This document shows, in pieces, positions 56,896 to 64,000 of a stretch of 64,000 nucleotides of DNA. Numbering within the stretch: the stretch's first letter is position 1; the number at the start of each line of letters is the position of its first letter. The stretch covers positions 17 to 64,016 of the forward strand of contig MENF01000106.1 in the NCBI GenBank assembly GCA_001769035.1. The letters run 5' to 3'. Position numbers and translations under genes: made by a program. The stretch comes from Bacteroidetes bacterium GWA2_32_17. Its GTDB lineage: Bacteria; Bacteroidota; Bacteroidia; Bacteroidales; GWA2-32-17. The notes below the pieces were generated by a model that had not been told where the DNA came from, ran no database searches, and worked only from the letters and a program-made list of their open reading frames with translations.

Positions 56896-59654
56896 TTCTC
56901 CTCAATTATTTTAATTTCATCCTCTGTTAAATCGTAGAGTTGATACACGATTTCATTTATTCTGTTTTCGCAATAATCAATTTTACCTTGATTTTGCGAC
57001 ACTTTTGATTGTAGTTTTATTTCTTGTAGTTCAATATTTAATTTCAAAATTTGTTCAACTAACTTTTCAATTTCATTTTGTATTTCCTTATTTGCAGTAG
57101 CAATTGGAAGTTGTTCTAATTGTCCCATTAGAATTTGCGGAAATCCTTGTGAATTTGTTACAAGCCGTTTAGATAAATAAAATGAAAGAAATTTTGAGTT
57201 AAGTAATCCTAAAAGAAATTTAAGATTTATTTTATTACTACGTAAAATATATAAAGTGCTTTCGATTAGTTCTTGTTTGTCAGAATATGTAGCACATAAA
57301 CTGCTTCCTGTTCTTCGAATTAGCAAACGAGGAATAGTAGTTTGTTTTTTATAATCTCTTGTGCCTCCTATAATTTCTAATTTTTCATATTCTGCATATC
57401 TGTCATAATAATAACTATATCGTTTCATACAATTACCTAAAAGAAATGGCAAAGATTTTTTTGTTGGAGTTTGCGTTAGTATATCATTGCGATTTTTTAC
57501 AACCATGCCTTTTGACATTTCAACTAATTCGCCCATAAGTTTTGAGGAACTTAAAATTTTCTTGAAAAATAGTTTACTTGAATCGTCAAAGGAAACATCC
57601 CAAGATTCAAGACTTTTGTTTAATTTAATTTCTTGAATTACTTTTTGTTGTTGAGTTGTGTCGATTTTTACAATTTTAGTTTTCTCTTTTGAGTTCTTTT
57701 CGCCAACTATAATTGTTGTTCCAATAGTTGCGTCTTGAAAAACAAAATGGTCAAACGTTACAATGGAATTAAGATTAAAATTCTCTAAAATAATTTCTCT
57801 GATTTTTCCGTTACTGTCAGTTGTTAATAATGCTTCTGGAGTAATAAAAGAAAATATTTTGGGCGAAAGTTTAGAAACTTTTTCTAAAAATAACTGGAAT
57901 AGATTTTTTGAACTACCACCCGAGTAAGAATTAAAATTATTTTGGTAATAGGAAAGTAAATCAGCATCGCTGTTACTTATGGTAAGTTTTAAATATGGCG
58001 GATTTCCGATCACACAATCAAACCCACCTTGCTTAAAAATATTAGGAAATCCGTTATGCCAGTTAAATGGCTTTATTTTTTTCTCATCACCATAATCTAA
58101 TTGGTTACTATAAAAATCTGTACCAACTAAGCTATTCCCACATTTAATATTTTCGTCAAGTGTTGGTAAAACTCTTTCGTTAAACAATTTAAACTGATAA
58201 TTAATAGAAGCATTTGTTTCGCCTTCCATACATTTAAGCAATAATGAGAGCTTTGTTACTTCAACTGCGTTTACATCTATATCAACTCCGAAAATATTGT
58301 TGAGTAAAATTCTTTTCTTTTCCGCCGTTGTTAAATATCCTTCAGGTGTTAAAGTATTTTCCTTTTTTACTTTTGATGGCTTGCCATTATTAGAATAATA
58401 ATTTTTATGAAAGTCAAGCAAATACTGATAAGCACCAATTAAAAAACTACCACTGCCGCAGGCAGGGTCAACTATTTTTATTTTGCTTATTTCTTTTGGT
58501 GTTCTTCCCTCTATTAGTTTACCGACTGTGTTTTTTACGATGTATTCAACTACATATTGAGGCGTGTAATAAACTCCTCCGGCTTTTCTTACTTCGGGTT
58601 TTTCTTCAATTTTTGCATGATGTGCTTTGTCAATGGAAATGGTTTTTCCCAAAAATTGTTCGTAAGCACTGCCTAAAATTTCAACCGATAAAACAGAAAA
58701 TTCATAAGGACTTTCGGGATAATATAATTCGCTAACAATTGTCTTTATAATTTTATTTTCAATTTTTAAATTCTTGCTTATTTTATCTTTTTTTAAGTCA
58801 AAAATTCCTGAATTGTATTTGTCGTCTGCTTCCTGAAATATTTTAAAAAGATTTTGGTAATAATCACCTTGTTTTAATGCCGTTTTTAAATTTCCATAAA
58901 CCTCTACACTTCTGGCCTCTGCAATTCGTAAAAAAATTATTCTATCAATTGTTTGTTGAACAGCAAAATTAATTTCATCTTCGTCAAGGCCTTTATTATT
59001 CCAACTTATAGAAGTAGCTAAATAAGTTCTCCATTTGTCAAGCGATTGTAAAAACTCTTTGTCAACGGTAGCTGTACCTTTTTTATTTGCAGAGTTTTGT
59101 AAAAACTTATCGAAACTTCCTTTTAATACATGTTCTTTTGAAAAAGTCTCCCAAATAAAGTCAAACTTATTAAGATAATCTTTATAAGTAAAATATTCAA
59201 TTCGGGCAACTGATGCTTTGTCTGTAGGGTTTGGCTTTTTTGAACAATCATAAATTGAGAACTCTTCAAAGTCGGTGATTATGCTTATTGCTAATTTTGC
59301 ATTCCATCCGTAGCGTCTGACCTGATATGCAGGATGAATATCATCTTTAATTGCAACACTTGGTTTTTTTGCTTCAACAAAAAATAATCTTTTTCCTCCA
59401 CCAATTCTAAATGAATAGTCGGGTGCTTTTGTTGCTCCTGCAATTTTTATTTTGTCTTCGTGAATTACTTCTCTGTATGATTCTGCATAATCTTGTTCAT
59501 TGTCAATGTCCCAACCAAGTGTCTTAAAGAACGGGTCAATGAAGTCTCGCCTTGTTTGAGTTTCGTTATAATCGCTGTTTTTATATTCGTTGATATGAAA
59601 GTCAAAACGTTGAACTAATTTTTCGATTTCTATTTTTGCTTGTTCTTTAGTCAT
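56892..59654 (-). CDS. Type IIG (Eco57I/MmeI-like) fused restriction endonuclease-N6-adenine methyltransferase
   Basis: N-terminal PD-(D/E)xK-like PDYSF...FFVEAKK, SAM motif VDPACGSGSFL, catalytic NPPY, C-terminal specificity-like domain. 920 aa. Confidence 0.85.
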   Translation of the reverse strand: MTKEQAKIEIEKLVQRFDFHINEYKNSDYNETQTRRDFIDPFFKTLGWDIDNEQDYAESYREVIHEDKIKIAGATKAPDYSFRIGGGKRLFFVEAKKPSVAIKDDIHPAYQVRRYGWNAKLAISIITDFEEFSIYDCSKKPNPTDKASVARIEYFTYKDYLNKFDFIWETFSKEHVLKGSFDKFLQNSANKKGTATVDKEFLQSLDKWRTYLATSISWNNKGLDEDEINFAVQQTIDRIIFLRIAEARSVEVYGNLKTALKQGDYYQNLFKIFQEADDKYNSGIFDLKKDKISKNLKIENKIIKTIVSELYYPESPYEFSVLSVEILGSAYEQFLGKTISIDKAHHAKIEEKPEVRKAGGVYYTPQYVVEYIVKNTVGKLIEGRTPKEISKIKIVDPACGSGSFLIGAYQYLLDFHKNYYSNNGKPSKVKKENTLTPEGYLTTAEKKRILLNNIFGVDIDVNAVEVTKLSLLLKCMEGETNASINYQFKLFNERVLPTLDENIKCGNSLVGTDFYSNQLDYGDEKKIKPFNWHNGFPNIFKQGGFDCVIGNPPYLKLTISNSDADLLSYYQNNFNSYSGGSSKNLFQLFLEKVSKLSPKIFSFITPEALLTTDSNGKIREIILENFNLNSIVTFDHFVFQDATIGTTIIVGEKNSKEKTKIVKIDTTQQQKVIQEIKLNKSLESWDVSFDDSSKLFFKKILSSSKLMGELVEMSKGMVVKNRNDILTQTPTKKSLPFLLGNCMKRYSYYYDRYAEYEKLEIIGGTRDYKKQTTIPRLLIRRTGSSLCATYSDKQELIESTLYILRSNKINLKFLLGLLNSKFLSFYLSKRLVTNSQGFPQILMGQLEQLPIATANKEIQNEIEKLVEQILKLNIELQEIKLQSKVSQNQGKIDYCENRINEIVYQLYDLTEDEIKIIEEK

Positions 59655-59844
59655 TGAATATTTTATTTTCTCAAAAATACAATTAATAATATTATGAAGG
59701 GTCGGAAAAAAAGCATGTGTGTGACTGCGAAGGGATGCATGCAGGGACGGGCAGTAAACACTCTTGCTTTTTGTGTGTCGGGGAATACCACAATTTTGTC
59801 ATTTTGCTGCAAATATTCCGAATCTCTGTCTTTTTTTACGGCTT

Positions 59845-59914
59845 AAAGTTAACTAATCGCTATGTGTACCTTATCCGACATTAATTGTTTACAACCATTT
59901 ATAAGCATTTGCTT
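59845..59914 (-). repeat. Direct repeat, copy 1 (aaagttaactaat...acattaattgtttacaaccatttataagcatttgctt)
   Basis: Matches 60788-60929 except for a ~75-nt insertion in the latter. Confidence 0.85.
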
Positions 59915-60002
59915 TAGTTTATTAAAAAATTGCTATTACAAATTTATTAAATTATTTGTTACAAACATAAAAAAAAATATTTTCATTTATTGTTTGAATT
60001 TA

Positions 60003-60134
60003 AAATAACGGTTGGCGCTTAAAAAATCTGGGCATTTAACCAACGTCATTATCAAACCGCCACAAAGTTACGAATTATTTTATAATTGTCAAGTTGCTAC
60101 ACAAGCCCAGTTTTTTTTAAACGTGTGTTAGTGC
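60003..60134 (-). repeat. attC-like imperfect palindrome
   Basis: Begins 12 nt after the antitoxin stop. Minus-strand boxes CACTAAC...GTTATTT. ctgggc/gcccag and A/T-run arms. Same family as the other long copies. Confidence 0.5.
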
Positions 60135-60145
60135 ATATTGTTATA

Positions 60146-60454
60146 TTAGAATTGTAGTGATAGTTTCAAATGCCCACCAAGTCCTTGTTGAATTATTTTC
60201 ATTAATGTAGAAAGTCTGATGTCGCTAGCATTGTTCTCGATGCGTGAAATATAAGATTTATTAGTTCCGCATTTTTCAGCAAGTTCTTCTTGAGTCATGC
60301 CTAGTTTAATTCTTGCTTCTTCAAGAAGAACACCAAGTCTAAATGCTTCAAATTCTTGTTCCCATTCTTCACGCTTTTTAACTCCTCGTTTTCCATATTT
60401 TTTGTCAAGGAGTTCGTCCAATGATGTTAGATTTTTATTTGCTTTATTTTTCAT
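60146..60454 (-). CDS. XRE-family HTH antitoxin (HigA-like)
   Basis: 102 aa. HTH segment MTQEELAEKCGTNKSYISRIENN. Overlaps the toxin gene by 11 nt. Confidence 0.8.
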   Translation of the reverse strand: MKNKANKNLTSLDELLDKKYGKRGVKKREEWEQEFEAFRLGVLLEEARIKLGMTQEELAEKCGTNKSYISRIENNASDIRLSTLMKIIQQGLGGHLKLSLQF

Positions 60455-60782
60455 TGCTATATTCCTCCATTATTTTAAGTGCTCGTTCGATTTCTCGTTT
60501 TGGTGTTTTTTGTGTTTTCTTTTGAAATGCATTTCCGAGAACAACTAGATTCCCTTTGTCAAAGAATGAAAATATTCTATAAATATTCCCACCAACTTCA
60601 ACTCTTACTTCATATAGTCCCTTTTTGCTTTCAATATGTTTAAAATATTTTTCAGGTACTTGCCTTGTTACTCTAATTAAATTTAATGTCCACTCAATTT
60701 TAGCCTGAACACTGTCTGTCTGTTCAGTATAAAAGTCTAGAAAATAGTTTTTATAAGCTACTACTTGTCTTACGAGATTCAT
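60444..60782 (-). CDS. RelE/ParE-superfamily toxin (HigB / Gp49-like)
   Basis: 112 aa. ...GLYEVRVEVGGNIYRIFSFFDKGNLVVLGNAFQKKTQKTP pattern. Toxin-first gene order. Confidence 0.75.
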   Translation of the reverse strand: MNLVRQVVAYKNYFLDFYTEQTDSVQAKIEWTLNLIRVTRQVPEKYFKHIESKKGLYEVRVEVGGNIYRIFSFFDKGNLVVLGNAFQKKTQKTPKREIERALKIMEEYSNEK

Positions 60783-60787
60783 GGCAC

Positions 60788-60929
60788 AAAGTTAACTAAT
60801 TAGACAACATTTTCCAAATTTTTTCTTAATTATTTTAGGGCACGTCTTTTTTATGCATTAGCACTTACTAGTAGCTATGTATGATATATCCAACATTAAT
60901 TGTTTACAACCATTTATAAGCATTTGCTT
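60788..60929 (-). repeat. Direct repeat, copy 2
   Basis: See 59845-59914. On the minus strand it contains TAACTTTG (fits the Bacteroidota -7 box TAnnTTTG) 4 nt before the toxin ATG. Confidence 0.85.
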
Positions 60930-61003
60930 AAAACATTTTGTAAAGATTATATACTTAACATTAAAATACTGTATTACAGATAAATAATTTTAAAAAAATA
61001 AAC

Positions 61004-62056
61004 TCAATTATACTTCGATAAAAGCACATCAAGTTTATTGAAAGTATCTTCGTTACCTTTTTGGGTGTAACAGATAATGCTTGTTCTATAAATATTTAAA
61101 TTATCTAAAAATTCAGAAATTCCTTTTGAATTAAATTCTGTCAAATGTTTTCCATAACTGAGTTTTTCGATATAAGCGGCATTCATAAATTGTTCAAACT
61201 GATTTTTAATTGGAAATGAACAAACAGGTTTTTTTAAGTAAACAGCCTCGCTTATTAACGAATAGCCGCCATTTGTTATAACAGCATTTGAAGTTGCAAG
61301 GTCGTTAATAAAACCGTCTTCGCTGAATTTTTTTAAAATGCAGTTTCCTTTTACTTCATCAATATTAAAGCCATAAACAAGAAATTTTTCATTTTCAACT
61401 TCATTTAAAATTTTCGTAAGATTTTGCTGACTTGATGAAGTTTGATAAACCAAAATATGATTTTGATATACTGTTTTTGCATTTATTATTTCATTTCTTA
61501 ATATTGGAGGAATAAATTCAGTATTTTCCTTAATTATTTTCGAGTCAAAAAAAGTGGAAAGCAAATAATGGTTGCAATCAGGAACACGATATTTGCATAT
61601 TGTTTTTGCCAGATTATAATTAAATTTTTCTTCGCTTGGAATTTTAATATCGAGTTTACAACGGCTCAATACCTGTATGTTATCAACGTCAATAATTGGA
61701 ACTTTTAAAAATTTCCCATACAAATATGCCGATGTTTCAAAATCAGTTATAACAATATCAGGAATAAATTCTTTATGTATTTTTTTGTATGTTGTTATAT
61801 TTTCAAATAAATCGTGTGGCGATTTTTTTAAAATGCTTTGCAAAGTTTTAAGTTTTTCAATTCCGCCATCTTTGTAAACGAAGTTTAATCCTTTTATTTC
61901 ATAAACTCTATTTGGAAATTGTTTATTCAAAAACTCAAAAGCCCTGTTGCTCGAAACAATTCTTACATCATGATTTTCGAGCAAATGAGTAATAATAACT
62001 TTACTGCGGGTAGCATGCCCCATTCCCTCACCTGGTACACCATACAGTATTTTCAT
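61004..62056 (-). CDS. Glycosyltransferase (GT28/MurG-like fold family)
   Basis: N-terminal MKILYGVPGEGMGHATRS glycine-rich loop, 350 aa, C-terminal ...NGGYSLISEA... motif. Confidence 0.65.
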   Translation of the reverse strand: MKILYGVPGEGMGHATRSKVIITHLLENHDVRIVSSNRAFEFLNKQFPNRVYEIKGLNFVYKDGGIEKLKTLQSILKKSPHDLFENITTYKKIHKEFIPDIVITDFETSAYLYGKFLKVPIIDVDNIQVLSRCKLDIKIPSEEKFNYNLAKTICKYRVPDCNHYLLSTFFDSKIIKENTEFIPPILRNEIINAKTVYQNHILVYQTSSSQQNLTKILNEVENEKFLVYGFNIDEVKGNCILKKFSEDGFINDLATSNAVITNGGYSLISEAVYLKKPVCSFPIKNQFEQFMNAAYIEKLSYGKHLTEFNSKGISEFLDNLNIYRTSIICYTQKGNEDTFNKLDVLLSKYN

Positions 62057-62257
62057 ATATTTGTGATGTTTAATTCAAAAACTAATCCAATACCCAAATA
62101 ACAAATTCTAAAATTCAAAAATAAATCAATGCTCAATTAACAACATATAGTTTGCAATATTCAGATTCTTCGCTAATCACTCAGAATGACAAAAATGGAA
62201 TAGTAAACTATGAACATTTTTGAACTATAAACCATAAACCCGAAACTTTTTTTATTG

Positions 62258-62346
62258 GTTTAGGGTTTTTAGTTTGAGGTTTTTAGTTTGAGGTTTTTGG
62301 TTTGAGGTTTTTGGTTTGAGGTTTTTGGTTTGAGGTTTTTGGTTGT
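62258..62346. repeat. 14-bp tandem repeat (gtttgag+gtttttg), ~6 units, i.e. GTTTNNN heptamer array
   Basis: Read directly. Flanked by NNNAAAC heptamer runs at 62224-62247 and 62350-62375. Confidence 0.9.
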
Positions 62347-62383
62347 TAAAAACTTTGAACTCGAAACTATAAACTGGTTAAAC

Positions 62384-64000
62384 TTATTTACTCTTATCCG
62401 GGAATGCCGGTATTTTACCTTTTTCCTGTGGTTTATTTATCAAGTCAATCATTATTAATTCAATGGCTTTGTTAAGTTGCTCATCTACACCTTCAAATTC
62501 TTTAGCAGGGTCGTTATCAATAACAACATCGGGGTCAACACCATGTCCTTCTATTATCCAATTACTACCATCAGCGGCATAATGACCAAATTCGGGTTTA
62601 TATAAAAAGCCACCATCAACAAATGGTAAAGAACCCCTGATACCAGTAACACCGCCCCAAGTACGAACGCCAATAATTTTACCTAAACCCATTTTTCTAA
62701 ATTGAAATGGGAACAAATCTCCATCGGAAGCTGAGTAATTATTTACAAGCAAAATTTTTGGACCAAGAAGCATTTGCTCAGGATTAGTATTTCCTTCGAT
62801 TTGATTACGAGCCATTCCCATAAATGCCAATTCGCGGCGTAAACGTTCGATAATCATTGACGAAACATTACCGCCTCCATTACCTCTATCGTCAATAATT
62901 AATGCTTTTTTGGCTAATTGTGGATAAAAATATTTTGCAAATTCGTTTAATCCTTCAACCCCCATGTCAGGGATATGAATATACCCAACCTGATTATTAG
63001 TAGCATCGTTCACTTTCTTAATGTTACCCTGAACCCAACTGTAATAATAAAGCGGATTCTCGTCTTTTATTGGTATCACAATAACTTTTCGAGAAGAATT
63101 TTCGGAAGCTGTTGTTGAAATGGAAAGTTCAGTTTCTTTTTCGGCAGTATTCCATAACAACGTGTAAATATCAATAACATTTTTTGTTGATTTACCATTT
63201 ACAGCAGTAATAAAATTACCTTCATTAATATTTAAACCAACTTCGGTAAGCGGTGAACGTAACGTTTTGTCCCAGTTTTGACCTTCAATTATTTCATTTA
63301 TTTTAAAATATCCTGAAGCATCTTTAGTGATTTTAGCACCTAACAATCCAGTATAAATTTTTTCGGTTGATGGTTTGTCGCCACCACCTGTATATGAATG
63401 ACCAATGTTTAACTCACCAATTAATTCGCCGATTATATAATTCAAATCGTTTCGGTTGCTAACAAAAGGCAATAAAACCGCATATTTATCGTGCATTTTT
63501 TTCCAATCAAGACCGTGCATTTTTGGGTCGTAGAAAAAATCGCGCATTTGACGCCAAGCTTCATCGTATATCTGTTTCCATTCAGCTTTGTTATCAATTA
63601 ATACATTCATATTTCCCAATTCAATATTTTTATCAGTTTTTAATTCAGTAGATGGAACTTCAATAACAAAATACTTATTTTCTTTTTTTACAAGCATCTT
63701 TTTGCGATTAGCTGTAATTTCATAACTTTCAACTTGCCCTAACGATGTTTCTTTTTTGTCCTTAATGTTATACGATTTTAAAGAATCTTCAGTTTCTTCG
63801 CCCGACTGAAATTCATAAAACAATTTATCTCCGACTTGACTAATGTTCCAATAATTTCCAGCTTTTGTGGGTAATGCCACAATACGTTGTTGAATACCTT
63901 CGAAATCAATTTTCACATCAGGTATTACAATTTTTTCATCTTGTTGAGCATCCTTCTTTTCAGATGGGGCATTCAAGTTCACTTCGTCGTTGGTAGGACC
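62384..64000 (-). CDS. Tricorn-protease-like S41 peptidase, C-terminal part (gene runs off the window)
   Basis: PDZ-like segment and S41 core (...DDRGNGGGNVS..., ...NYSASDGDLFP...). The frame remains open to the window edge. Confidence 0.75.
   Translation of the reverse strand, partial: GPTNDEVNLNAPSEKKDAQQDEKIVIPDVKIDFEGIQQRIVALPTKAGNYWNISQVGDKLFYEFQSGEETEDSLKSYNIKDKKETSLGQVESYEITANRKKMLVKKENKYFVIEVPSTELKTDKNIELGNMNVLIDNKAEWKQIYDEAWRQMRDFFYDPKMHGLDWKKMHDKYAVLLPFVSNRNDLNYIIGELIGELNIGHSYTGGGDKPSTEKIYTGLLGAKITKDASGYFKINEIIEGQNWDKTLRSPLTEVGLNINEGNFITAVNGKSTKNVIDIYTLLWNTAEKETELSISTTASENSSRKVIVIPIKDENPLYYYSWVQGNIKKVNDATNNQVGYIHIPDMGVEGLNEFAKYFYPQLAKKALIIDDRGNGGGNVSSMIIERLRRELAFMGMARNQIEGNTNPEQMLLGPKILLVNNYSASDGDLFPFQFRKMGLGKIIGVRTWGGVTGIRGSLPFVDGGFLYKPEFGHYAADGSNWIIEGHGVDPDVVIDNDPAKEFEGVDEQLNKAIELIMIDLINKPQEKGKIPAFPDKSK

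Larger units (their letters stand above)
53389..60959 (-). mobile_element. Integrase-less cassette array 2 (CALIN-like): TA cassette, 5.8-kb defence cassette, lipoprotein cassette
   Basis: attC-like sites at 60003-60134, 54096-54239 and 53389-53449. Boundary cores are reverse-complementary within each unit (see findings). Confidence 0.5.

Noticed and set aside
1-64000. tRNA, rRNA, tmRNA, riboswitch, retron or diversity-generating elements
   Set aside because: I found no cloverleaf-like T-arm motifs, rRNA-like stretches, reverse-transcriptase ORF or recognisable riboswitch cores by eye. A covariance-model scan would be needed to exclude small RNAs.

Overview
The window is strongly AT-rich and looks like Bacteroidota chromosome. 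Evidence: T9SS C-terminal sorting domains, a fused SecDF, an ExbB/ExbD/TonB set, and no obvious Shine-Dalgarno use. Most of it is housekeeping: an S9 peptidase, an ABC transporter, an EF-G paralog, tsaD, TamB-like, exbBD, dnaJ-grpE, obg, adk, hpt, purE, secDF, pepE and two tandem PP2C regulators. Two accessory islands on the minus strand stand out (about 15.6-19.9 kb and 53.4-61.0 kb). In both, unrelated ORFs are each followed by imperfect palindromes with CTAAC...GTTAG-type outer boxes. The segment boundaries obey the integron-cassette rule: the core at the 5' boundary is the reverse complement of the inverse core at the 3' end of the same segment. No integrase is visible, so I read them as CALIN-like cassette arrays. 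The second array carries a HigBA-like TA pair and a 5.8-kb block, which is my best candidate for an undescribed defence module. That block holds a Type IIG restriction-modification enzyme, a small coupled ORF, a membrane-anchored dCTP-deaminase/dUTPase-fold protein, a multi-TM gene interrupted by one in-frame TGA, and a polyproline micro-ORF. The intergenic space is unusually full of modular repeats: MITE-like elements (one with an 8-bp target duplication), heptamer-periodic GTTTNNN/NNNAAAC arrays, an 83-bp unit present twice, a CAATCT array and a 174-bp tandem duplication. One heptamer repeat type is embedded in-frame inside both PP2C genes. All product calls rest on motifs recognised by eye and from memory. 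No database search, folding or HMM run was possible.
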